DNA from: Antedon mediterranea
Taxonomy: Eukaryota; Animalia; Echinodermata
Length of the DNA stretch: 64,000 nt
Assembly: GCF_964355755.1 (NCBI RefSeq)
Contig: NC_092678.1
Location: 23,453,365-23,517,364, forward strand
Direction of reading: 5' to 3'
The notes under the pieces were generated by a model. It saw only the letters and a program-made list of their open reading frames with translations. It was not told the DNA's origin and made no database searches. Made by a program: the position numbers and the translations under genes. Below are positions 41,401-64,000 of this stretch, piece by piece (the stretch's first letter is position 1; each line of letters begins with the position of its first letter).

Positions 41401-44400
41401 AAATGTTACTTTTTGTTCTCTACTCTCTACTCTCTACTTTATATTTATCTACTAATAGCTACAGGAAACGTTGACTGTAAAATTATTATCGTTAAAAAAA
41501 GATTTTGGAAAGTTTTGTTACTCAACAAAACTAATCTAAAACGTTTTATTTACTCTACCCAGGGAGATGTAAAATAAATATCTTTATTAACCTTTTATTT
41601 AAGCTAATTTTATATCTCTACTCTACCGAAGGAAATAACATAGAAAATATGATTGAAAAAATGGGGAAACTATTTTAGACGTACAAACTATTGTAAACAA
41701 CTTTTATACTTTTTACTTTTTAAAGCCACTATAAAAATTATGTTTTAAGGTTTTTTTTAAAGTTTTCAATATACCAGTTACGATTTAAGTATTAATTTGA
41801 GAGTAAGAGCATGTTGATAAAGCTATTAGTGGTAAAATTTCACGTATTTGTCTTCTTTTTAATAATTGTGTTCTTAAAGATAATTCTATTGTTCTCTTTT
41901 TTGACCGTTATAATTGTTTTTGTAATAAAATTAGTAAAATTGTATAATTTTGTATTGTTAGATTTTAAGATTTATATATATTTTTATATGGTATAGTTTA
42001 TTCCATTCTGTAAGGGGCGGGTTTCCCGCTGTGGAATGAGTTTGAATAAAATAAAATAAATAAAATTAGTAGAAATGACTTCAGTAGGGAGTCAGAAGAC
42101 AGCAGGAACTTAATCACTAACAATAGTTAAAACATCTGGTCTGTGTATATGAATATAAATGATTGTTAGTACAGTAAAAGTTATTATTAAATAATATATT
42201 TCATTCTTTCTTCTGAGAAAACTTTGTTTAAAATGTAAACATTATTATACTGATGCATAAAAACTTTCAGTAACAATGGGTTTCTAAACATTTGCCCGTA
42301 TATGGCATTATTTATTTAAAACTTCAAATCCTGAAACATCTAATCTGTGTGAACATGCTATATTATATTTTTCCTTGTTTAACCTGTAAACATTATTATA
42401 CTGTAGCCCAGAATCTTTCAGTAACAATGGTTTTCTAAACATTTGCCCTTTTATGGCATAGTTCCTTATTTATCTCAAACTTCAAATTCTAAAAAATCTT
42501 ATCTAGCGTGAACAGACTATATTGGCACTTCATTTGAAATAGAAGCCTATTCACACTGCCTTTAAATCTTTCTAGAGAGATAACAAAAAATTTCAGTAAA
42601 AATGGGTTTCTAACATTTTCCCTTATATGGCATTGTTTTTTTATTTATTTCAAATCCTAAAAAATCTCATCTATAGTGTGAACAGGCTATATATTATATT
42701 GCTTCATTTGAAATCGAAGCAAATTCTCACTCCTGAGGACGATCAAAGCATATTGATTGAAACGTCGAGAAACTCAACAGTTCTTTTCAGAAATAAATAT
42801 ACATGGTGTACCGCAAATTTATATCAACATTTGATTTCGCCAAACAACATATTCACACTCTTTGTAAACATTTGTAGAGATATAATAAACAGAAACTAAA
42901 ATTGCTAATTTCATCCCACTCATTAGGTATACTCATTAGGTATCACTCATTAGGTATCACTCATTAGGTATCACTCATTAGGTATCACTCATTAGGTTGA
43001 TAGTTTCAGTTCGTTTAATACAATTAGTATTAGCATGTTTACATCAAAGAGTTTAAAAAGAAACCTCTCATTGAGAATATAATGTGGAATAGAAACCAAA
43101 CATACAAAATGGAAAGTAAAATGGAAAATAAAGCGTGGCTCCCACTTAGCGATGCAACATAATGCAACGGAGTGAGAATCAAGCTTTAGTAAAGAGAAGG
43201 CTCGGGAATGATGGCCATTATGTTTTCTTGTCATAGGCGGATTTGGCCCGGGCTTCCCTAAATTAAAAAAAATTACAATGCAAATGATAGGATATTTGGT
43301 TATGTTTAACACTCTATTTCACCGCTTTTAAGCCCTGTGCGCCCCCACTGCCTAATTCACAATCCTGTATCCAACACTATCCTGTATCCACCACAATCCT
43401 GTATCCACCACTATCCTGTATGCACCACTTACCTGTATCAGCCATGGTGTTTAATTGTTTGCCATTGACAGTACTTGACCAGCTTTCTCCTCAATAGTTC
43501 CTTTACCTAAGACCTCCTGAAGATAAGTAAAACAATGAAACAAGGAAATGTTTAGTTATTTTTTATTAAAGAATTCGTACATTTCAAGCATTTCCGCTAT
43601 GATTATGACATTTAGCAATTTTTATCAAATTTTTTTAGCAAAAAAATCAAAACAAATGTTTTGATTGACTAGCTACAGTACCTATTGTTCATTGAACCTT
43701 TTTTCACTGTTCAACAGTTCTACTTTCCTGCCGGTGATGGGCTTATAATGGGCCGGTGATGGGCTTATAATTGAATCATGGTAGTATATGAAGCATAAAA
43801 TCATATATACACAGTACAATGTATAGTAAACATTTCTTAGACTTTGCCAAGCGTGTAATTCCCTTTAAAAACCACTATAATACCAATATCCCAATTATTA
43901 TAAACAACAACAAAATCATAATCCGTCAAAGACTAAAGAATGAGTAATTTTTGTATAAGAAACCACGGTTTCCTAAAGTACGTCATTCTATTTGTCTGAC
44001 GTCTAAAATATATAGAACACAATTACAATATTCTATGACTTTTGTTTTGTTTCTAAACTTTTTATGAACCCATTTACAGTAATGTAAGATTACCCCCGCT
44101 TTATGTTTTTAGTGTTTTGTGTGATTTGATTTGTAAAGATAAATAAAGTTTAATTTTGTACAAAATTCGGCTAATTAAAAGAAAAAGATTATTTAAATTT
44201 TTAGATAAAGAAAATACAGCATTATTATTATTATATTATCTAAATTATTAAAAATATATAAAGTATAACAAATGATATATAAATGTATATTAAGATACAA
44301 TTGTAATTATATTCTCAGAAAAAATTCCATGGGTTAATGTCGTGGTTGACTGGTTACAGTGTTTACGGACTTCATTCAAGTCCGCAGTTTTAAATACAAG

Positions 44401-47034
44401 ATTTTTTTTTTTTTAGTCTCAATCAATCTCTGAATAATTTGGTTTTAAATTTAGGTTTTTTTGTTTGTAGTACTAGTAGAGAAAAAAACAGAAAAATATG
44501 GAAACAAATTGTGGAAAGCGGTATGTCTGAATGACGGAAAACATTTCAAAAGGAGAGGAGGTAGTAGAGAAATTATTTTGTCTAAGATGACCATGGACCC
44601 TGCATGGACCTACTCATTGATGTATGACGTTGGTGTTCGCCCGGACTTAGATAGAAACCTTGAGGAATAGAGCGAGGGTGCACAATTAATTTAAATATTT
44701 AACTTGTTGCTAGGTTTTAGCAAATTGATAGCTTTAGTAATGCTTTTGTTTGACCCAGCGATGTTTTGAAAATTTAATTTTTACAGAGCTTCTTACAAAG
44801 CTAATAAATACTCACATACGTTGTGTGCTAGGAAATGATAGAATTTGATCTGACTAGGAAAGACTCATGTATACAGTAAAAAGTAATACAACAGTCTACC
44901 ACTTCCTTCCTGGTACTCTGTGTCTTGGCGATTTAAAGTGTTTAATAACTATACATTAAAACACAAGCCTTTTAAACAAATGTCAAATAGGACACTAGGA
45001 ATAGGATTACACTATGTCTGTTTACAACATGAACACACATTCTAGTAGTCAAAAGCCTTGTCCGTAGCTTTACCCACTGTCATCAGAAGATTTGACCATC
45101 ATTCGCACTTTTCATGCAGTTAGCTATACTGTAATTTTACCAAAATTTAACTGTGATGTCGAAAACAACGATTGACTCATCACATGAGTCAACATGAGTC
45201 GAACGTTCGGACTGGACTTTTTAGCCACATGGTTAGTTTTACCGGGACCATGGTAAGTTTTATTGGCCAGGCAGTGGTCGGTAAAAGTAACTATTAGACT
45301 TGGTTAATTTAACGTTGTGGGAATTGTAGCCAGTGTTCAGATTGGAAACACAGTATCATAAAAATTAGAGCCGGTATACATGAAATACTAGCTTATTAGC
45401 TTATACTAAGTTATAAAGATAATAAAATGTTTAAAGCAAATAATATGACACTTTAAAATGAAATGAGGGCATTCAGATTGTGTAGAGAAAGAATGGCAGG
45501 GATAAAAAAATATAAACCAAGGAAAAGCAATGATTGCTGCTCCTCCTACCAAGACCGAATATCTAATGCATGTAAAGCTCTGTCTACACTATCAAATTTT
45601 ATGCGACAAAATCCCATATATGGACATGATGATGTCATATCACTACCATATTTGGGCATATCACTACCACATATGGGCACATCACACTTTTTTTGTCAAA
45701 CTTGGTTGATAGTGTAGACAGAGCTTAAAGCATTATTTCAATTCATTCAAACATTTAGGAGCCTTTTTTCAATAGTGTGATGAACTATAAGTAATACCAT
45801 GGAGTTGTAATTATCAACTCCCTGGTAATACTACAGTTTAGTAGTAAAACAATGATTTCATTGACTGGAAAAATGAAACTTGAATATAATTTCAAACATA
45901 TGGCACTTGAAAACCACTACAATAAATCTACCATGCTGTACAGTAGAAAATTAAAACACGGCACATTTCATTTGTTTTTAAAAATACGTAGAAAACATTG
46001 ACCTTTGACATCTTGTCAAGGCATCACTGATCTTTATCATGATTAGTTTTGATTGCAGTACATATTACTGTGTTTCCTCTAAAACATAAACATACCTGTC
46101 ACTGTACCATACTTTACTATATTACTTTATTTTGGTACTGTTGTTTAGTGAAATTATCAATCTACATTTTGGAAATTTATTATAATTATTAATAGCTACG
46201 TTTATTATTGAGAATTCTCCATAAGTTTTATCAGACCTTATCTTGTATTATATTGAACTTTGAAAGGGAAATTTCCCATTCAATTTTACAAACATATTAT
46301 GTTATTAGAAGATTATATCAGCAGAGAGAGTAAACAAGGCAATAATGATTCACTACATAATTACATTACAATCAGGAAATAATTGTGCGTTATTCTGGAA
46401 ATTTTAAAATAAATTGGTGATTAAAAAGACAGTAAAAAAAGAGGGATTTAGGGGATCAGGGGGAATTCCCTCCCCCCACATGAGGGCAAAATAAGTTTGG
46501 TTAAGGTGGTTGTATAAATCGTAAACTTTGTCTTTTCTCTCCATTTTGTTTTGAGGGATGTTAGATGTTAGATGGTAGATCGGCATAAGGATAGTCTGTC
46601 AATTATTCTTACATAACAGCATAGCCAGGACATTAATTTATTTTTGGCAACCTTTTAAATAATTTAATAAATAATAGGCCTATAAATGGTAATAAATAAT
46701 AATACTTAGGCTAAATTAATAATAATGATATTAATATTAAATTAATTATATTCTAATGACAACTGATAAATTGACAGTCATGAAAATATATTTCAGCAAA
46801 AGTATTAAAAAAAAACCACAAACTACATAGGCTATTGTCGATTGATGTACATACGAGTTAGGCCTAGGCCAAAAAGGCGAACCGTAACCGGACCTCTTAC
46901 AACACCCATACGTTGGACCTAATCCGGTCATATTTTATGGGAAGTCCACCTCCGCACCGGGAGGCTAGCTTTTTTTTTTGTTCTTTGCCAGATTTTCGAG
47001 TGACATACCATTAAAATAACTTACCTTCGTTCAT
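14453..47034 (-). CDS. FGD6: FYVE, RhoGEF and PH domain-containing protein (FGD5/FGD6-like Cdc42 GEF)
   Basis: Probable first exon 47025-47034 (ATG AAC GAA G|GTAAG), micro-exons 40695-40730 and 40556-40591, and a 2.3-kb low-complexity exon 26339-28679. DH-domain exons run from about 22946 to 19525 ([21 protein letters not shown]; [12 protein letters not shown]; [17 protein letters not shown]). PH1 lies at about 19333-17563, FYVE at 17039-16512 (WIPD...CMIC...RRHHCRACG), PH2 at 15554-14864, and the last exon at 14453-14489. The 5' exon joining is less certain than the catalytic region. Confidence 0.9.
19713..20100. repeat. About 72-73 bp minisatellite x5
   Basis: The unit GTGTCCTCTTAATAGAGATGTCTCCTAAATAGTGTAGTGTT...CACAGAAA repeats about 5.3 times. 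Confidence 0.9.
21940..22063. repeat. Dispersed repeat fragment (second copy about 49897-50000)
   Basis: Both copies share TTTTGTATCTCCATTGAGA...CATTGTAATTTTTCAGTAATTTGCCTTT. Confidence 0.7.
30525..30725 (-). mobile_element. Penelope-like retroelement remnant (GIY-YIG endonuclease fragment)
   Basis: The translation [38 protein letters not shown] carries the VVY...C..(C)..YVG.T.R.L..R..E signature of PLE GIY-YIG domains. It is degenerate. Confidence 0.8.
31213..31842. repeat. Tandem array (about 9 x 51-52 bp) built from the MITE terminal repeat, ending in a complete MITE
   Basis: Unit AAGCTCTGTCTACACTATCAAACTAGTTTGACAAACACAGTTTATAGGGCTA. The last unit runs on into a full MITE (31680-31842). 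Confidence 0.92.
38706..38928. repeat. About 40-bp tandem repeat x5
   Basis: TACAGTATAGGCCATATTAGGCCATATACAGTGCTTTTAA-like units. Confidence 0.85.
42724..42771 (+). ncRNA. Minimal type I hammerhead ribozyme-like motif (Penelope terminal-repeat fragment)
   Basis: CTC-CTGAGGA-C-GATCAA(AGCATA)TTGATT-GAAAC-GTC-GAG gives the CUGANGA and GAAA cores, stem II, a GUC cleavage triplet and a short stem I. Confidence 0.65.
42917..42977. repeat. 14-bp tandem repeat (CACTCATTAGGTAT)
   Basis: About 4.5 copies. An 18-bp repeat (CACWATCCTGTATCCA) also lies at about 43358-43440. Confidence 0.85.
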
Positions 47035-47725
47035 TCTTCTTACTTTCATTTATATCAATTATTATCATTATCAATTGTCAACAATTGAAGCGTAAAAACA
47101 TGTTATTTTAGGGGTACTATAGTATTATGATGACAACCCGTTCGTTCGTACGTGTAAACTTTTTCAATAACAAAAAGTAATCACAATAAAAGTCAGCTGA
47201 TTGATTACGCATGACTGCGTTTTCGTTTCATACGGAAAAACGCGTCAAATTGAAACGCAAAAATGAAAGTCCCTGCTGTCTGTCAGTCCCTCAGTGTCTT
47301 ATGTAGTTGTTTAAAAAAAAATATGAATTCTCAAATTATGACTACACTGATCATCTCAACATTATGATATATAATAATGTTTATAGTCCTGTCCATTTGA
47401 AGTTAGTCCTGGACTAAATCATAGGTTTATTCCTGCACTAAAGTTTGTCCTTTTTAAATAATACCAGCCTATATTCATTATACAGAAAGCTAGATGTTCT
47501 TGGCGCGATAGTCATTACATACAGTATTATACTGTAGTTTGTTTTATACAGACTAATGGGCATGTCACATTGATTTAAAAAACTAAACACCAAAGTACAA
47601 ATATTCTTATTTTATTCATATACAATATATATTACATATAAAAGAATTTAAAATATTAAATTCCGAAAACTAAAACGATCTAATAAAATGGCTATTATAT
47701 TTTAATGAATATTTGTTTATGTTTA

Positions 47726-49008
47726 TCATTTTACTGTGCAATCCTCAGTCATAGCGCCCTCTAGCGTACATAATGGTTGTTCGGAATCTGTTGCTTCCAG
47801 TATTTCAATACTTGGTCTTAGCTGATTGGTTAACGAAGTCTGTATATTAAGCTCTGTGATTGGTTCGTCGTCATCGCTAGAGTCATCTGAACTTGATAAA
47901 GCAAATTGTGTCAAATCCTAAGAAAAAAAAAATGTTTGTTTTTCCATTACTTGAAGTGAAATTCATAATACCATATTTATATGAATAGTCATCATACGAT
48001 AGAGACAATTTATTCGTTTTAGTGTACACAATTTCTAGCCATTTTGTGTTTGTCTAAATAAAGTGGGAGTGGGGGATGGGTGTGGTAGGTAAGGAATTGT
48101 TAATTGCAAATACTGACCATCTGGATAGCTGGACCGTCGTAATCATCAGGTAACTCTAGTCCACCAGTTCCTTCCTTCATGCTCAGTATAAGGTCTTCAT
48201 TAGCAGCTTTCATTGCTGGGAGAAACGACTTTACTTTGCTAAGAACTTTAAAACAAAACAAAAAGCGATTAAATTGTTATTGCAGAACTTGTATAAATCA
48301 TTCTTCTATTCATTAGTACTGGCCTCTGAATATAGCCAGCAAATATTGACTATTGGCAAGGTCGAGGGTGCTAATAGAACATTTTAAATTGTATGCACAG
48401 TACAGCTGCTGTGTGGATAGCCTCATTTAAAAAAAATTTAATATTAGTGATTTTATGCATTATACCAGTACCTGAACTTGGTGGCAATCTTGAAGGGCGC
48501 TTTGAGTCGATTAAAAGTGAATATGCTGAAAAAAAAAAGATTAAAAAAAAATGTTTATACTGTACTGTAAATAAAACGGTGTGAAAATATTGGTTTGGTG
48601 TTTTATTTTTAATAATGTAAAGAATCAATTCGTACAGACTAAGTTAAGCAAGATTAGATATGACTCCTTAGCCTAATAAGATGCCTCCTCAACTAGGTGG
48701 TAATCTTGAATGCCGACTAGCCTAGCCCTACTAGCAGTTGGCCTTAGGTTTAGGCGCGGTCTAGAGGCCTACTAGACTACTACTAGCTAGGCCAGAGAGG
48801 GCTAGCCTCCAGCAGGCTAGGCCTAGTTATTTTTAACGCATTTATAAAACCTAATGCAAGGCCTACCCATATTACTGTCATTTATATTTAGTGGGACACT
48901 CGAATGTGTCACTGTCTTTGAATTCTCATCTTCATCCTTCTTATCCTGCGGAAGATTAGTTAAACACTCAATAGTTTCACTTTCATCTGCTTTGGAAACA
49001 GAAAGCAT
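47726..49008 (-). CDS. NOPCHAP1: NOP protein chaperone 1 (C12orf45/DUF4598)-like, about 171 aa
   Basis: Exons 48867-49008, 48472-48525, 48118-48245 and 47726-47917 give 516 nt in frame. The core SSVLSKVKSFLPAMKAANEDL...AIQMDL, followed by an acidic S/D tract and PSIEIL, resembles C12orf45 (LDQVQTFLPQMARANEKL...VIQMDV). Confidence 0.8.
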
Positions 49009-49379
49009 GGTTGTTGTTGTTGCATGCGTCTCTCTCGCTTTTAGTGAGTACGGGAACTAGAACTTCACTGTATTGTCACTAGAGGGGGCAGTTGTCTTTT
49101 TGAATGCTATCATAATCTATATAATAATATAAATTAACTTTTTTCTGATTAAAATTAAGGCCGCTAAACATAAAAGTTACAACATCAAAAATACAGGTGG
49201 TGAAGCCACATAAAAACAAAAGATGTAACTAAGGGCTGCCACAGCCTTTTAGGGTAGTTTCCAGCACATCACCAGATGCATTGATGTTGTCGCCTCATGA
49301 TGTGTGTGGTGGAAAGGGGGACGTATAATTCTGTGAACCCCAAACACAGTAGCTCGCATAGCTTTTAACTCTATTCCAC

Positions 49380-49455
49380 CGACCAGCGTGGGAATCGAAC
49401 CCACGACATTCGATCGTGTATTAACACGACGCTCAGTCACCTGAGCTAACCAGTC
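49380..49455 (-). pseudogene. tRNA-Ile(AAT)-like pseudogene or tRNA-derived SINE head
   Basis: GACTGGTTAGCTCAGGTGACTGAGCGTCGTGTTAATACACGATCGAATGTCGTGGGTTCGATTCCCACGCTGGTC folds as a cloverleaf with A/B boxes. However, the anticodon loop is 6 nt, the D-loop and variable region are altered, and there is no immediate oligo-T terminator. Confidence 0.7.
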
Positions 49456-50402
49456 TTCTTGCTTTAAACAAGGTTAATATGTATATTTATGACGTAATGA
49501 TGAATTACGTAATACACGTAGGCCTATAATAGACTATTATCAGCTGTTCTGTCTTGTACTTTGTGGCGTAACCGGTAAATGCTCATGTTTGAGTGCTCTC
49601 AGTCCTAGAGTGGGTTAGAACCTCTACAGATATTTTGTTTTTAAATGGAAAATTAGTATTGTTTTTCTTTTATTTTAAAAGAGAGATATTTAGAGAGGGT
49701 TGAAAATGTCAGGCCTAGGCCTAAACAAGTGGACATTAAAAAAAAAGGAACAAAGTTTTCTTTAAAAAAAACTGGGTGCGTTCAAATAAAATAAATAAAA
49801 TCAACAGTAAAAGTATACATCAATTTAAAGTTTTTAAAAGTATATATATATAATGATAATATAATGATATATACATATATATATTTAATAATATAACTTT
49901 TCTGGCTGTTTCGTTTTAGCTTTTCAATTTTTTTTGTATCTCCATTGAGATCCAGCCACTGATACCCACAACATTGTAATTTTTTCAGTAATTTGCCTTT
50001 GGATTTATATATATAAAAAATTAATAAATGTCAGCAAATTATTATGGAAGAACCATCACAGAAAGAAACAAATATTATCGTATGCACACAAAAGAGCCAA
50101 TAAGCAAACAAAGGAAAGCCAAGTGCATTGTTAGCCTTTGTCGATTCTATTCATATTTAAATACTCTTTCAACAACATAATAGCTACAAAAAATCATTAT
50201 ATATAATTATTAAATCATAAATATTATAGTTAGCAGTACTATAAACTAAATTTATGAGGCGATAAGCTTACAGAGAATTTTACATCGATTCGTTTGATGT
50301 GTTTTTAACCTAGAAGAATCGCGTTAATTGAAATCGACATATATACATTGTTATATGAAATTTGGCAGTATACATATATAATATAATATTTCTGATATAA
50401 AT

Positions 50403-50427
50403 GTACTCGCTTCGGCAGTACATATAT

Positions 50428-50459
<32 letters not shown>

Positions 50460-50509
50460 GGCCCCTGCGCAAGGATGACACGCAAAATCGTGAAGCGTTC
50501 CATATTTTT
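50403..50509 (+). ncRNA. U6: U6 spliceosomal snRNA
   Basis: 107 nt full length, GTACTCGCTTCGGCAGTACATAT...ACAGAGAAGATTAGC...AAGCGTTCCATATTTTT. The ACAGAGA box and AGC triad are intact, the 5' stem GTACT/AGTAC pairs, there is a TATA-like run about 30 nt upstream, and it ends in T5. Confidence 0.97.
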
Positions 50510-51179
50510 AATAAAAAATTTATTTAATATTATTTTTTTTCGAAATTTAAACAAAAAAAATGAAGTAAGAGCATTTTAAAGAAGGGAACTATCAACTCGC
50601 GATTAAAACAATAAGTATTATGTGTTTTATACTAATATATTTGTTAAATATTAATAACCGTTCATACATTATCGATATGTTGTTAATTTAATAGAAAAAT
50701 GATGTAAAACGAGAAGGGGGTATAATTCTCAAATTTTATTCACCGTGTTTTTCAAACAAAATTATAGAGTTAAAATTACTTATGAAGGTTGAAACTAAGC
50801 TCTGATTAAAGACTAGCATATTTTAAGGAATGAAAAGAAATTAAATATTGATATATCTTAACTAAGACCATAGAGAAATGTCTGTGCTTAGACACAAACT
50901 TATATTAATTTAATATCAGTACGACGGGAACTATTGAACCATTTACGAATAGAGGGGGTTGTTGTATTTTTAAGGTATCAAAAAAGAAAAAAAAAGCTTT
51001 GTTTTCCCGCGCCGCGCCCTCTCTCGCCATGTTGATTGTTCGTTTGGTCAGCTTGTGTAGTAAATAATTTCTATGAAAAACTTGTTTTTTCCGATATAAA
51101 TTGTGCAGTTTTACAATAGATTGCACGTTATAAAATATCTATAACGTGTCTTAATTGTGTTTTGAGATTGCAAAATAAA

Positions 51180-62778
<11,599 letters not shown>

Positions 62779-62954
62779 GCCTTAGATTGTTCCAAGAAGC
62801 CAGGCCAGTCCATTCTTTACTTTGTTCACTGTTTTCTGTTTTTTTTAAAAATTCCATCATTTTCGAATGGAAATAAAATAATGTTGTAAATTGTCTTTTA
62901 AAAGTTTTATTGTTATTAACTGAACCAAAAAGATGTGTTCAGTGATTGATCTTA

Positions 62955-63202
62955 CACCCTACACATAGGGATTATCGATGACCTCTTAGACCCTACACAT
63001 AGGGATTATCAACAACCTCTTAACCCTACACATAGGGATTATCGATGACCTTTTACACCCTGCACATAGGGATTATCGACGACTTCGTATACCCTACACA
63101 TAGGGATTATTGATGACCTCTTAACCCTACACATAGGGATTATCGATGACCTTTTAACCCTACACATAGGCATTATCGATGACCTCTTACACCCTTTACA
63201 TA
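62955..63202. repeat. 33-34 bp tandem repeat, about 7.5 copies, with an internal hairpin
   Basis: Unit ACCCTACACATAGGGATTATCGATGACCTCTTA, with the inverted repeat CCCTA/TAGGG. Confidence 0.9.
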
Positions 63203-64000
63203 CATATTAGGGAGTTTTTGATTTGAGACAACCAAACTATGTTATGATAATTTAATATACGCATGCAATGATGTTGGGACATTGTTCCCGTGATTCCCCA
63301 TTTGACACAGTGCTTTCTAGGTCCAGACAATAAACTATGACACATCAATTGACATAGTTAGGTTGTCGATCGTAGGGAATCAAAAACACCCTCTTATAGC
63401 ACAGTGTTGTGTTCTGTAGTTACAGATTTTTCAATATATTCTTCATTACTTTTATTTACTGGATCTGGAGTCGAGGCTATGCTATGCCTATAAGCCCCTC
63501 TTGAAAATAACATCAAATCTTGAATACTCTTTTCTATTTTATTCACTTGTACAAAACGAACTGTAAACTGGAGTCAGCTGTATATAATTATATAATAACA
63601 ATTAGTTCTCTTGTAAAAAAAAGTTGTGTCCTCAGAGTGGCATTAAGTAAGTTGGTTTATTTCAAACTTAAAACATTAAATCTATCCGAGAAAAAAGTCG
63701 GACAAACAATTAAAAAGTGACTGTGAACTGGGATAGTGTCAACTGTACATAATGAACAACATTTAGAGGTTCTCCTGTAAGTTATATTTAAATTTTGCGG
63801 AGTTTTGTGTTCTTCTTCATGTTATTACACATTTCTATTAATTAGTGTGTATAAAATTGATAATTTACTAGATCCTGCAAATTAAATATTTAGACTGGTG
63901 TGAAGTTTCTTATTAATAACATTTTGCTATTTTCAGGCACAAAATTGGCCCCTGGGTTGCCAATGGGGAAACTTATAAATGTTAGTGTTACAGAATTAGA

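Noticed and set aside
43507-43516. 10-nt micro-exon (strong acceptor, GTAAAG donor) in FGD intron 1
   Set aside because: Its length is not a multiple of three and read-through hits a stop; it is unsupported without RNA data.
49380-49455. Functional tRNA-Ile gene
   Set aside because: The anticodon loop is 6 nt, the D-loop lacks a properly placed GG, the variable region is expanded, the acceptor stem has several G-U pairs and there is no terminator.
62955-63202. Palindromic repeat array as CRISPR
   Set aside because: The intervening segments are homologous to each other and only about 19 nt long; this is an ordinary minisatellite.

Overview
AT-rich, intron-rich animal genomic DNA (probably a marine invertebrate; the taxon cannot be fixed from sequence alone). 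The spliced protein-coding genes, in order, are: transketolase (-, 11 exons), an unannotated 88-aa secreted prepropeptide (-, 4 exons, absent from the ORF track), an FGD5/6-type DH-PH-FYVE-PH RhoGEF (-, about 33 kb), a NOPCHAP1/C12orf45-like gene (-) and cohesin SMC1A (+). A full-length U6 snRNA gene lies between the last two. The best non-coding signal is a five-copy family of intronic box H/ACA snoRNA-like RNAs. Four copies lie in transketolase introns and one, with a different 3' hairpin, lies in an SMC1A intron; all are sense to their host. Their invariant pocket pairs with the conserved LSU rRNA segment AAGGGAAG-U-C-GGCAAA. Mobile DNA includes hAT-, Harbinger- and Kolobok-type non-autonomous elements, a foldback element, Penelope remnants (a GIY-YIG fragment and a minimal hammerhead ribozyme), SINE fragments, and a family of 18-33 bp palindromes flanked by 7-bp duplications that resemble P-element excision footprints. 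There is no CRISPR or prokaryotic system. Exon coordinates were read by eye and may be off by a few bases.
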